Source: a virus. From it: a DNA stretch of 64,000 nt. Each line of letters opens with the position of its first letter. Positions within the stretch are counted from its first letter, which is position 1. The stretch is from IMG/VR virus record IMGVR_UViG_3300038443_001768; one strand, 5' to 3'. Below the pieces are notes generated by a model. That model had not been told where the DNA came from. It saw only the letters and a program-made list of their open reading frames with translations, and ran no database searches. This document shows positions 1 to 9,176 of the stretch, piece by piece. The translations under genes and the position numbers were made by a program.

Positions 1-2553
1 GGTCAAGCCGCTGGTCGCGCTCGTCGTCGCGAACGAAGGCTCCAACGACCACGCAACAAGCCCCTGATCCAACGGGTTGGTGGGGCGCGGGCTGGTCGAG
101 TTGACGACGTGCCAGTTCGTCCCATCCGAGACGTACTCGATCCAGCCGTAGTCGTCCCAAATGTAGGCCAGGGTCGCGCCGTCAATCGTTTGCGAACTGA
201 CCGGCAGGATCTTGATCGGCTTGGCACGCGCGCCTCCGGAACCGTCGGAGATGCGATACGGTGCGCCGATGACTACGAGCTTGGCGTCGGGCAGCGTGAC
301 CGTGCGCGACGCCGACGTGTCGGTGACGACCACGTCGTGATCGTAGGTACCGATCGTGGCCGAGGTAGCCAGCGACTTGCGATCACGGCCGCCAACGCCG
401 GTTCGGCGCGGCGCGGTGACGGCGAGTACCGCGCTGCCGGTCGTGGTGATTACTGGCCGCGGCGACGCGTTCTCCCAAGTGATCTCGCCGCAGCGGATGG
501 TCTGGTTGACCGTGCTGGTGATCGATCGGAACGCTGACGCGACGTACGTCGGGTTGGTCGAGTCCAGGCGAACGACGAGACCAGTGACGTTGATCTCGTC
601 AGCGTTGTGGTCGACGCCGACCGCGCACGTCGTCTGCTGCTGGTTGCCGACGAAATCGGCGACGCAGTTCTGCATCGTGAACCGACCCGTGTCGGTGCCG
701 CTGTTCCAGCGGTACGCCGAGTGGTTGGGGTTGCGGACGTAGCAGTGACGGAGATTGACCTGTCGGCCAGAAGCGACGGACGGGAAGTAGAACCCGTAGT
801 TGCTCCACTGGGTTGAGGTGATCGTCGGATCGAGCGTCGCGGTGCAGTTGGATGCCTCGTACTCCATGTGCGCCGGAATCGCTAGCGCGGCGAACCCTGC
901 GCGGCGGCAGTTGACTGCCCGGCAGTTCATGTAGCGAACCTTGTGATCGAACTCCGAGTCGATCAGCAGGTCGTGCGAGCCCTGGAAGGCGACATGGACG
1001 TCGTGCGCCTCGCAGCCATCGTAGGTGGTGCCGAACCCACGGTCCTGGAATCCCGCCGATAGCGAGTAGGTGCGAGCGCCGCCGTAGCCGCCGATAGCGC
1101 GGCAGTTGCGGAACGTGGTGAAGTAGCACGCCTCGTGGGTGTCGAAACCGGCCGCCAGGTTGCCATAGGCGACTGAGTCGCTAACCACGTTGTACTTCTG
1201 TAGGCCGACATTGTAGATGGACGACTCGACGGTCGACAACGTAGTGCCGGTCGTGAATGTCGAAGGAGTCGTGGTGAACGGATGTCGCACATTGCTGGCG
1301 TACAGACGGATCTGCATCGCCTCGGTGCAGCCTTGCAAGTTGACGCCGTAGCCGAAGCCGTTGTCCTCGTGCCAGTTAGCGCCGTTGCGCAACCGCGCCA
1401 CGATCCTGCCGCGGAAGCACGACTTCGGGTTGATAGCGGTCGTATAGAAGTTCTCGACCGTGACGTCGATCTCGGCGTCGACAAGATGTGCGAGCGCCAT
1501 GATCGTCGAGCGGTTGAGATCGTAATCCTTGTCCGGAAGCTGCGACGGGTCGCCGCCCAGACGTCCCGTGATCCTGCACGGCGTCTTGGGGACCGAGCGC
1601 AGTTTGACGCTGGTGTTGTAGCCGGTATCGCACAGGCGCTTATTGAGCACCAGGAACGGCGCGGCGCTGACAGTGCCGGCGCTGACGCCGCCGACGGTGA
1701 GCGTCTCTCCGTTTTGGAATGTACCGCCCGTTACCCCGGTTGAGATCAGCGCGACCTTGTCGCCACTAACCAACGTGATGACGGCAATGACCTGGCCAGT
1801 CGCTCCGCTGGTCTGGCCGACAATTACTGAGCCGCCCTGCGCGGTAGAGGCTACGCCCTGGCTGGAGCTTGCGTTGCCGCCGCCACCATAAATGGTGGCT
1901 GTGCCTCCTGGCGTGAACTGCACGCCGACGGCGTTGACCTCGCAGAACTCGGCGCGATAGGTCTTATGGGTTCCAGAGTTGTCGGACACGTCGAACGCGT
2001 AAGCGTCGAACGCGTCCAGTCGGAAGACGTCGCCGCGCGCGATTCCGGTGACGTCGGGCACCGTGATCGTCGACACGATTTCGGTCTGCTGAGCGGCGGT
2101 GAACGACGGGCCGTTTGGCCCCATCTGGAACGCGTAGTTGATAGCCGATACGTTCTGCGGCGACCCGAGAACACGGAATACATTCAGCGCCCCCGACGAT
2201 GTCGTCCCGTCCGGCACCTGAAGTAGGCGGCCGCGGATCTCCAGGTCGATCTCTTCGGTGGTGAAGCTGACCTTGCACGGCCAGTCGCCCGGCGGAACAA
2301 CGACGCGCTTTCCGGCCGCGGCCTGGACGGCGTTCTTGATCAACGTGCCGTTCGCGGCGGCGTTGGTTGAGTTCACTGCCGAAGCGAGACCTGCGACGAC
2401 GGTGACCGAGTTGTCGGTCTGTGTCAGCAGGTGTGGAGTGTACGGGGTTCCGTCAGGATTCTCGCCAGAGTCTAGGCGCGAGAGCTTGTCTCGGACCTCG
2501 TAGGGAGTACCGTAGAAGGTTGACTTTGATGCCAGATAGTTCTCGCCCGCCAT
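1..2553 (-). CDS. Tail spike / polysaccharide depolymerase with right-handed beta-helix (pectate-lyase-like); runs off left edge, >=851 codons
   Basis: ATG at 2553 and no stops in the lines I translated through to position 1 (MAGENYLASKSTFYG...AAAGKRVVVPPGDWPCK...GFDTHEACYFTTFRNCRAIGG); absent from ORF track, probably because it has no in-window stop. Confidence 0.8.
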   Translation of the reverse strand, partial: MAGENYLASKSTFYGTPYEVRDKLSRLDSGENPDGTPYTPHLLTQTDNSVTVVAGLASAVNSTNAAANGTLIKNAVQAAAGKRVVVPPGDWPCKVSFTTEEIDLEIRGRLLQVPDGTTSSGALNVFRVLGSPQNVSAINYAFQMGPNGPSFTAAQQTEIVSTITVPDVTGIARGDVFRLDAFDAYAFDVSDNSGTHKTYRAEFCEVNAVGVQFTPGGTATIYGGGGNASSSQGVASTAQGGSVIVGQTSGATGQVIAVITLVSGDKVALISTGVTGGTFQNGETLTVGGVSAGTVSAAPFLVLNKRLCDTGYNTSVKLRSVPKTPCRITGRLGGDPSQLPDKDYDLNRSTIMALAHLVDAEIDVTVENFYTTAINPKSCFRGRIVARLRNGANWHEDNGFGYGVNLQGCTEAMQIRLYASNVRHPFTTTPSTFTTGTTLSTVESSIYNVGLQKYNVVSDSVAYGNLAAGFDTHEACYFTTFRNCRAIGGYGGARTYSLSAGFQDRGFGTTYDGCEAHDVHVAFQGSHDLLIDSEFDHKVRYMNCRAVNCRRAGFAALAIPAHMEYEASNCTATLDPTITSTQWSNYGFYFPSVASGRQVNLRHCYVRNPNHSAYRWNSGTDTGRFTMQNCVADFVGNQQQTTCAVGVDHNADEINVTGLVVRLDSTNPTYVASAFRSITSTVNQTIRCGEITWENASPRPVITTTGSAVLAVTAPRRTGVGGRDRKSLATSATIGTYDHDVVVTDTSASRTVTLPDAKLVVIGAPYRISDGSGGARAKPIKILPVSSQTIDGATLAYIWDDYGWIEYVSDGTNWHVVNSTSPRPTNPLDQGLVAWSLEPSFATTSATSGLT

Positions 2554-2560
2554 GTAGAAA

Positions 2561-3043
2561 CTACTCTACCGGCGGTCGTGCCTCCTTGGACGCGGCGCGA
2601 GCCGAGTTCTCAGACGACGTCTTCGACTTGTGGCACTTCGTGCAAAGAAGCTGAAGATTGTCGAGTTCGAAACCGCCGCCATCGATGAGCGGAACTACGT
2701 GGTCGACTTCGAGCTTCCCTCCCCAGGGCTCTCCATCGACAAGATCAAACGGGTGATGGCGGCATCCTTGGCAGTGATTTCCGTCGCGCTGGATGAGCAG
2801 TCGGCGCGCTGTGCGGGGGTCGTAGTAGGCCCTCCAGTCGAGTACGCAGTTGGGTTCATCGTCGCGCCCGTCGTGCCAGTTTCGCTGGCGTCCTGTTGGG
2901 CCGTCTTCGACGCGCTCACCACAGAAGCGACAACGTCCAAGCTCAGCATCGTAGTGCGGCAGTCTGGCCTTGCGGTGCGCAGGTCGTGACGCATTTGCTC
3001 CACGATTAGGCTTGCGACGTCGTCCTCGTCTACCAGAGGACAA
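2561..3043 (-). CDS. HNH endonuclease
   Basis: CQGC...LEVDHVVPLIDGGG...NLQLLCTKCHKSKT motif. Confidence 0.9.
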   Translation of the reverse strand: MSSGRRGRRRKPNRGANASRPAHRKARLPHYDAELGRCRFCGERVEDGPTGRQRNWHDGRDDEPNCVLDWRAYYDPRTARRLLIQRDGNHCQGCRHHPFDLVDGEPWGGKLEVDHVVPLIDGGGFELDNLQLLCTKCHKSKTSSENSARAASKEARPPVE

Positions 3044-3242
3044 CTACCTGCCTGTACTCGTCGGGCAGCCAGCCGGCGAGGTCGTCGGCGTCAATGAGGC
3101 TTAGCTCACACGAGTGCGCGGCGTTCTCAACCACGGCGATCGACACAGGGCCGAAGTCGTTGCCTTCGTCGTCGGCTGACTTCCAGACCTCCATATCAGG
3201 ATCAAGTGTCTGAAGCCGCTCGATGAGATCGCCGACGGTCAT
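3030..3242 (-). CDS. Hypothetical phage protein
   Basis: MTVGDLIERLQTLDPDMEV...DDEGN, a common phage small-protein pattern. Confidence 0.75.
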   Translation of the reverse strand: MTVGDLIERLQTLDPDMEVWKSADDEGNDFGPVSIAVVENAAHSCELSLIDADDLAGWLPDEYRQVVVLW

Positions 3243-3408
3243 CAGGCCTCCTTGAGTGCCGCGAGCAGGCGCTCCCAGGCGGCGTGACCTTCAGCGCGTA
3301 GCTCTTCCTGCCGTGCGGTCTTCTCGCGAGTATCATGATTCGCTCGATATCGAGCGCGCCTGGAGCGACGAGCGCGCTGCGCCGCGATACGCGCCGTTGG
3401 TAGTCCGC

Positions 3409-3639
3409 TCACAGTTCGAGCGCGCCTTCGGCGTCCACGCCGTCGCGGGCGTCATCCTGGGCGGTGAACTTGATGGAGAGGAACTTGTCGCCACCTCCGC
3501 GGGGCGTTCGTGCCCACGCGGCGAGGCGATAGTCGGTGCCCTCGATGGTGCAGCGACCGGTGAAGTCGGGGGAGCGGTCGGACTTCTTCTCGCGGGCGCG
3601 GAAGAGGACGCCACTTAGTTCGTCGTCGTATTCAGCCAT
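3409..3639 (-). CDS. DUF736-like small phage protein (possible ssDNA-binding fold)
   Basis: GVLF...SPDFTG...YRLAAW...KFLSIKF pattern. Confidence 0.7.
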   Translation of the reverse strand: MAEYDDELSGVLFRAREKKSDRSPDFTGRCTIEGTDYRLAAWARTPRGGGDKFLSIKFTAQDDARDGVDAEGALEL

Positions 3640-3677
3640 GACCTGGAAGTGTACCAGGTAACGACCGATTGCGCATC

Positions 3678-3703
3678 AAAAAGGGCCGCCCTGGGGCGGC
3701 CCT
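3678..3703 (-). terminator. Rho-independent terminator
   Basis: AGGGCCGCCCCAGGGCGGCCC hairpin followed by TTTTT on minus strand, downstream of 3726-4163. Confidence 0.8.
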
Positions 3704-3725
3704 ATGTACTCAGGAGAAGACTTGC

Positions 3726-4163
3726 TTAGCGGACGTCGAGCGCGGTTGCCGAGGCGAGCCAGTTCGTGCCGTCGAGGCAGCGGAGAGTGACGACGTCGAC
3801 CTTCGCCGCGCCCGTGGAGAGTGTCGGGGCGGTACCGGCCGGCCACTTCACCGTCGAAGGCCACGTAACGAGCCTCGAACCGGTCGCGTCCTGCTTGAGA
3901 GCGATGATGATGTCAGAGCCAGCAGTGGCTGTCGGGAACGTGAACGTGCAGTTCGCGGACAGCGTGATGTGGTTGAAGGCGTTGTTGACGATCGTCTGTG
4001 CCGCGCCGGAGGCGGCGACTGTGTTGACTGGTCGCACGACTGGAGCACCAATCGTGAACTGGGCACCCGCGCGATCCTGGCCAGAAACGATCTTGGCGAG
4101 GAGGTCGGATACCTTGCCGTATGAGAACGTGAAGCCGGACTTCGCGGAGGCGTAGGTGGTCAT
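3726..4163 (-). CDS. Virion-associated fibre/decoration protein
   Basis: LKQDATGSRLVTWP...KWPAGTAPTLSTGAAKVDVVT C-terminal domain typical of phage fibre proteins. Confidence 0.7.
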   Translation of the reverse strand: MTTYASAKSGFTFSYGKVSDLLAKIVSGQDRAGAQFTIGAPVVRPVNTVAASGAAQTIVNNAFNHITLSANCTFTFPTATAGSDIIIALKQDATGSRLVTWPSTVKWPAGTAPTLSTGAAKVDVVTLRCLDGTNWLASATALDVR

Positions 4164-4444
4164 AGCTCAAGGATACGACCGACCCTGCCATTCCTAGTCC
4201 CAGTCGCGGTCCTCCGGAATCGGCGTAGACGGAGCGCGCTGTGAGATCAGCACAGCCACCGTGATCGTGACGAGCACGCAGAGCGTCAAGATCCCCAACA
4301 TGCGTCAATCCAAATAGGGCGCGGTGGTCTCAAAATACGAGACCAACTCAGCCTCGAAGGCCTCATCATTGGTGAGCACTTCGAGCACCTCCAGCGGCGG
4401 CATCACCGTCTTCAGGACACGTACAACGAGTTGATCGATCAACT

Positions 4445-4681
4445 TCACTCCTCGATTGAATCAGCGGCGTCGGCGTGGTGCTGCGCGGCGGCTTTGGCGT
4501 CTCGGCGTCGACCGTAGATGCCGACCGTCTTGACGTCTGACGTTCCGGGCATGAAGAAGAACAACGTGTACTCGGGCATGCGCGGAACGCCGGGGCCGTG
4601 GTAGATCGAGCCAGATTGGATCATATAGCGTCCGCACTCGCTGTAGGCGGCGAAGGCGCTGTTCCAGCGCAGCTTAGTCAC
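4445..4681 (-). CDS. Hypothetical protein
   Basis: GTG start overlapping upstream gene end; 3' part of track ORF 4445-4900. Confidence 0.6.
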   Translation of the reverse strand: MTKLRWNSAFAAYSECGRYMIQSGSIYHGPGVPRMPEYTLFFFMPGTSDVKTVGIYGRRRDAKAAAQHHADAADSIEE

Positions 4682-4907
4682 ACGGAAGCTCCTTGAGCCA
4701 CAGCCGCGTCTCATAGAGGCCGGGCGGCGCTGGAGCCTCATCGGCATCAAGTAGCGCCTGATGTACCTGGCAATACATGAGATCAACACCGGCGGCGCGC
4801 TCAGCGTCGGTGTGGGCGATGCGAAAGCCATCATCGGCCAACCAAATGACGTGGCGGTCGCCGAGACCGTGCGCGGCTTGATAGGCGACGAGTTCCTCAA
4901 CGGTCAT
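4674..4907 (-). CDS. Hypothetical protein
   Basis: ATGA overlap with upstream gene; MTVEELVAYQ... Confidence 0.65.
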   Translation of the reverse strand: MTVEELVAYQAAHGLGDRHVIWLADDGFRIAHTDAERAAGVDLMYCQVHQALLDADEAPAPPGLYETRLWLKELPCD

Positions 4908-5125
4908 CGAGCGCTGTCCCAATACGAGTCGTGAACAGCGGAGCGGCGGCGGCCGTCGATGGCGGCGGCTTTTGCCCACTCGTCGCGCCACCCCTGCCAC
5001 TCAGCGTGTCGATCGCTCTCCTTGTAGGCCTTCTCCTCAATCTCTTCACCGCAGGCGTCAAAGTCAAGCCACTCGTTGGCATCGGCGGCGTTGGCGAAGT
5101 AGCTGCGGGGATCATCGACGATCAC
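4904..5125 (-). CDS. Hypothetical acidic protein
   Basis: GTGA overlap with upstream gene. Confidence 0.6.
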   Translation of the reverse strand: MIVDDPRSYFANAADANEWLDFDACGEEIEEKAYKESDRHAEWQGWRDEWAKAAAIDGRRRSAVHDSYWDSAR

Positions 5126-5442
5126 GCGGACGTCAACTCCACCGGCACAGCGGCGAGGATGCGGTTCTCGCGCAGCGTCTTCTGAAGCTCGGCGCACCAG
5201 ATCATCCATAGCTGGTTCTGGCGGCGAAGAGCGACGATCTCACGTTCCATCACGGTCGGGTCACGCACCATAGCGGCGCAGGGGTTGTTCAACTTCAACG
5301 CGCCGAGACAGCCTCGGCAGAGCCGGTTGTCGTCATCGGAGCAGAGAACGACCCCGCAGCGGCAGCGCACGAAGGGCTCATCCTCTGGGTGACAGTGTCC
5401 GCGGTCACAGATTCTGTGCTTCCGCGTCCCGAAATCGGTCAT
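5122..5442 (-). CDS. Cys-rich hypothetical protein with C-terminal coiled coil
   Basis: CxC/CxxC motifs; leaderless start 6 nt after -10 box. Confidence 0.65.
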   Translation of the reverse strand: MTDFGTRKHRICDRGHCHPEDEPFVRCRCGVVLCSDDDNRLCRGCLGALKLNNPCAAMVRDPTVMEREIVALRRQNQLWMIWCAELQKTLRENRILAAVPVELTSA

Positions 5443-5448
5443 GCGGGA

Positions 5449-5477
5449 AGTCTATCACAGGTATTCAAGTGGGTCAA
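5449..5477 (-). promoter_or_regulatory. Sigma70-type promoter (leaderless), overlapped by TTCAAGTGGGTC repeat
   Basis: TTGACC-N17-TAGACT-N6-ATG. Confidence 0.7.
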
Positions 5478-5648
5478 ACCTTCGGTGTCACGCCTAAAAC
5501 CGCATAGGTAAGCCAAAAACGCACCGATTGTTGAACAATATGAGTGATTCAAGTGGGTCGAATGTGGGTAGGCGGCGGCGGAGAGGAGATATCTTCACGT
5601 TGAGACATTTACTTGATTTACGTCGGGATTTGGCTCTACTAAGCCAAA
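5464..5648. repeat. Repeat module A (TTCAAGTGGGTC x2; TTTGGCT-N-GCC palindromic sites x2)
   Basis: 5464-5475 and 5548-5570 match 49198-49209 and 49280-49302; 5627-5648 matches 15915-15936 at 21/22. Confidence 0.85.
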
Positions 5649-6118
5649 AATTTCACATACCCACGAGTATGCGAACCGTGTGCTAGGCTTAGGCCACGCC
5701 CGCCTCGGCCGGGGCGGCGCTCGGCAGAGCGAAGCCTGGCTGGCAGGGTAGGGTCGAAATGTGTCCTCCTCGACGGGACACACAGAGAGACCAGTACCAG
5801 GTCTTCTCCGACGATCTCAATAATCACGACGATGAGATCGACCACACGGGGGAGGCGTCCGTCTTGTTTCGGCGCGTCAAGTACGTCGCCGGACCCCGGG
5901 GGTTGCGGCGCTCGCGGTGTGCGCTATCGTTGTTGGGGTCGCTGGGGTTGCTCCTCCTCGGAGCCGACACGGACCTCAGCGGCCGACGGGGGAGTGGCTG
6001 GACGTCATCCCCACGGCCTCTCCCTCCGGGGATAAGCGGGACACCGGGGCGTGCGACTGGTTGGAACCAGGACCGCCCAGGCGCCGATTGGTTGCCGTCT
6101 CGGGTCCTGCTGCCCTGC

Positions 6119-6325
6119 TTAGGTGCGCGCGTGGGGTGGCATCTGGCGGTGCACCGTGACCTCTTGGCGCGGCTCGATCGTCATCACATCGCCCGGCATC
6201 AGCGTCACCGGCTCGTCCTCGTCGGGCAGGTAGATGCGCGTCATCCAGTCTTCGCCGACTTCGACGACGATGCGGGCGCAACGCATGGGTTGCGTTTCCG
6301 TGTATTCGGCGTATGATTCGGTCAT
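6119..6325 (-). CDS. Hypothetical protein
   Basis: Strong GGAGGAG RBS before ATG. Confidence 0.7.
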   Translation of the reverse strand: MTESYAEYTETQPMRCARIVVEVGEDWMTRIYLPDEDEPVTLMPGDVMTIEPRQEVTVHRQMPPHART

Positions 6326-6551
6326 GAAAGCTCCTCCCTACTATTTCACTCCACAGCCGCGTCCTCGCCGGCCGCGCCGCACACGTCGTCCTCGCGCCAT
6401 CATTGACGACGAGGATTGGCTCCGCCGTGAGGGCCTGTCGCGTCCTGAGCGGTCGCTGGCGCGTGAGTGTAGGCTGTTCGCGGTGTTCGTGCTCGGCGTT
6501 GCCTTCGTGTGTTACTTGGTCGGCGTTACGCTGGTCATGCTGTTCGGATAG
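6324..6551 (+). CDS. Small Arg-rich membrane protein (counter-strand)
   Basis: C-terminal hydrophobic helix LFAVFVLGVAFVCYLVGVTLVMLFG; fills an otherwise non-coding gap. Confidence 0.4.
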   Translation: MKAPPYYFTPQPRPRRPRRTRRPRAIIDDEDWLRREGLSRPERSLARECRLFAVFVLGVAFVCYLVGVTLVMLFG

Positions 6552-6744
6552 ACACGTCTGTTCCTACGAAGGCCTCGTCTGGCACGCGCACTCCAACGAT
6601 CACGCCGCCGCGACCCGGCCCGGTGAGTTCGCGCTGACGTGCGCGCGCCTCTTCGATCGTCACGTACACGGTGAGCGGGTCATCATCGCCGGGCACCGAC
6701 ATGCCCTCGTATGAATATTCCTGGAGTACGACGAATCCGATCAT
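6535..6744 (-). CDS. Hypothetical protein
   Basis: MIGFVVLQEYSYEG...VYVTIEEARA. Confidence 0.6.
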   Translation of the reverse strand: MIGFVVLQEYSYEGMSVPGDDDPLTVYVTIEEARARQRELTGPGRGGVIVGVRVPDEAFVGTDVSIRTA

Positions 6745-6778
6745 GTGCGATGTGCGCTCGGCCTTTCGTGCCTCGCGA

Positions 6779-6985
6779 CTAGCAGCGGTCGGCATAGAAG
6801 CTCACCGTTAGGCCGTTGAACCTAGTCTCGATGCCGTGACGGCGAAGGATATTGGCGGCCTTCGCTCCTAATCTGCTGAGATAGCCGCCACCGAAATGCG
6901 CAGGCGGCACGATGCCGGCGCGGATGATGAGCTTGAGGTCTTCGATGTCTTGGTTGGTCATACGAGAATGGCAGTCGAAAAGCAC
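6779..6985 (-). CDS. Hypothetical protein
   Basis: ORF in minus-strand operon; start may be 6961. Confidence 0.55.
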   Translation of the reverse strand: MLFDCHSRMTNQDIEDLKLIIRAGIVPPAHFGGGYLSRLGAKAANILRRHGIETRFNGLTVSFYADRC

Positions 6986-7042
6986 GTAAACGTAGAGGGC
7001 CGGGAGCGATGTCCCGGCCCTCGTCGCTTGAGGCCTCCGTGC

Positions 7043-7567
7043 CTAGCAGTCGCCGCTCTTTCTGGCGGCGGCCATCGCCGAGGCCAACGACGGCGCACGG
7101 CGAGGCAGGGCGTGAATCCCGTACGGGAGCGGGACCTTCCTCGACAGTGCCGCTTCGAAGAAGTTCTCCATCCGCCGGTCGTAGTCGGCCTTCAGATTCC
7201 GATACGTGGACTTGTAGGCCAGCACGGGGTCCTCGACCAGGGTCGGTGAGTCCGCGTCAGACGCTGCGTCCTTGGCGTTACATGCCGTTGCCGCCGCCTG
7301 CTTCATGTCCTCCCAGTCTCTGAGGATTGCGTCGGTCTGCTCTCTCACGTGCGGCATCTGGGTGTTCTTGTGCGCTTCGTGCACGTACTGCCCGCCGTCG
7401 TGGAGGGCCGTCGAGAGCAGTGTCGCCGCGCCCAACAGGACCACGACGCCGACGATCCATGCCACGGGATGCCGCGTGAATGAGGTGCCGGCCTTGGCGG
7501 CGCTCTTCGCGGCCCGATCGGCGCGGTCTTCCCAGATCTCGCCGTTGCTGCGGTCGTCGTGATTCAC
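7043..7567 (-). CDS. Single-pass membrane protein (partner of adjacent lipoprotein)
   Basis: N-terminal TM helix; helical ectodomain ending ADYDRRMENFF...LP; similar architecture to 50970-51422. Confidence 0.8.
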   Translation of the reverse strand: MNHDDRSNGEIWEDRADRAAKSAAKAGTSFTRHPVAWIVGVVVLLGAATLLSTALHDGGQYVHEAHKNTQMPHVREQTDAILRDWEDMKQAAATACNAKDAASDADSPTLVEDPVLAYKSTYRNLKADYDRRMENFFEAALSRKVPLPYGIHALPRRAPSLASAMAAARKSGDC

Positions 7568-8208
7568 TTCTGGTCTCCGATCGCGTTTTCGATGATGCGC
7601 TGTGCCAGCGCCGGCTTGCCTGCCTTGAGCGCCGCTTGAGCAGCCGTGTCTGCCCGCCCGAGATTAGCGTCGACGGTAAGCGAGATCTTCGTGGACTTGC
7701 GCTGGAACTGCGTCGGCTTGTTCGAGCAGTACGTTTCCAGGTTGAAGAAGTCTACGTACGCGCCGCCCGGCGTGAACCCGTACCGGTACTGCGGCGGGTT
7801 CGGGTGGTAGAGGCCGTCGACTGAGCGCTTCGGGATCACCGAGGCGTCCGAGTAACTGCCAGGATGATCATCGAGAACCCCCTCAGGGGCGAAGTACGAG
7901 GTGCTAGAACTTGTCAGCTTGCCCGTCACCGGCACCGTTACCAGCGGCGACGACGGGTTGTTGAAGCTGAACGTGCACCAGAGGATGTTGGACGGGTCGT
8001 CGTAGATCTCTTGCGCGTGGTTGTAGTTCTTGAACTCGACGTCGTTCTTCGGCAGGTAGGGCGCGCGACGCGAGGCCTTCTTGGCGACCTGCTTGTAAAT
8101 CTCAGCCTGGCTCGGCGGATGCGGCTTGCTCTGCTCGCCCCCGCCGCAACCGGTGGCGGCGAGGCCTCCGAACACCAGCACGGTCAGCATGATGATGATC
8201 TTGCGCAT
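7564..8208 (-). CDS. Phage lipoprotein
   Basis: Signal peptide with lipobox ATGC; paralog of 8457-9101. Confidence 0.85.
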   Translation of the reverse strand: MRKIIIMLTVLVFGGLAATGCGGGEQSKPHPPSQAEIYKQVAKKASRRAPYLPKNDVEFKNYNHAQEIYDDPSNILWCTFSFNNPSSPLVTVPVTGKLTSSSTSYFAPEGVLDDHPGSYSDASVIPKRSVDGLYHPNPPQYRYGFTPGGAYVDFFNLETYCSNKPTQFQRKSTKISLTVDANLGRADTAAQAALKAGKPALAQRIIENAIGDQK

Positions 8209-8456
8209 CAGAGAGTGATCTCCTGTACGATCGCGGGCGCGACAGCGGTCTTCTCCTTGCGGATCTTGAAGATCCCGACTCCGTTGTGCCGTCCGGCGTG
8301 ATCTGCGACCACTACGACATCTCCGTGGTTGAAGAGGGTCGCAGACTTGGCACTTGTCTCACGTAGCGCGTCCTCAGGGGTGGTGCCCTTGGCCTCGCCA
8401 AACTCCCACCAGGCCACGAGCTTGGGGTCGATCCTCCAGATGTGGTAGTTGTTCAT
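8208..8456 (-). CDS. Hypothetical protein
   Basis: Translationally coupled between two lipoprotein genes. Confidence 0.7.
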   Translation of the reverse strand: MNNYHIWRIDPKLVAWWEFGEAKGTTPEDALRETSAKSATLFNHGDVVVVADHAGRHNGVGIFKIRKEKTAVAPAIVQEITL

Positions 8457-9101
8457 CTACTTATCCGAATCGAGAGCGTTGAGAGCACGCTGCGCGCCGG
8501 CTCGGTCGCCCCGCGCGAGTGCGGCCTCCGCGGCCTGATCGGCGGCCTTGGCCTGTTCATCAACCGTGACGGCGACCTTGGTGGTCTGGCGCTGGAAGCG
8601 CGTCAGTGCGGTCGTGCACAGGGTGGGCATGTTGAAGAAGTCCACGTACTGGCCGCCAGGAGTGAAGCCGTAGCGATACGGCGGCGGCGAGCCGTGATAC
8701 ATACCGTCGACGGATCGCCGCTCGGGCGTGTACTCGGGATGATCGATGTTGTGATCGCCACGCCACGCTCGCGTGGATGGGAAGAACGAGACACTCGACG
8801 AGGTCAGCTTGCCGGCGATCGGAATCGTCACAAGCGGCGAAGACGCGTTGCCCCACGTGGTGGTGCACCAGACGATCGTGTTGGGGTTCGCGTACAGCCG
8901 CTGAGCGGCCGTGTAGTTCTTGAACTCAGGAGACGGCCATGCCGGAACAAATGGCCGAGTCGAGTTCGAGCGGCCGTCGATCTGCGAGAGGATGTCTCCG
9001 GCGCTGTCTGCGCCAGCGACGGCAAGTGAGCCGCCGCAACCTGCTACGGCCAGCACTAGGGCAGCGCCCCAGGCCGGTCCGATCTTGCGTAGGATCTTCA
9101 A
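8457..9101 (-). CDS. Phage lipoprotein
   Basis: Lipobox VAGC; shares EFKNY, GKLTSSS, SVDG, YRYGFTPGG, YVDFFN with 7564-8208. Confidence 0.85.
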   Translation of the reverse strand: MKILRKIGPAWGAALVLAVAGCGGSLAVAGADSAGDILSQIDGRSNSTRPFVPAWPSPEFKNYTAAQRLYANPNTIVWCTTTWGNASSPLVTIPIAGKLTSSSVSFFPSTRAWRGDHNIDHPEYTPERRSVDGMYHGSPPPYRYGFTPGGQYVDFFNMPTLCTTALTRFQRQTTKVAVTVDEQAKAADQAAEAALARGDRAGAQRALNALDSDK

Positions 9102-9133
9102 GGTTCTCCTTCCAGGAGTGGATGATGTCGCGA

Positions 9134-9162
9134 ACTGTAGCCGGTCCGCATCGGCGTGTCAA
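9134..9162 (-). promoter_or_regulatory. Sigma70-type promoter for lipoprotein operon
   Basis: TTGACA-N17-TACAGT. Confidence 0.8.
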
Positions 9163-9176
9163 GCGTGAAAAGCTTT

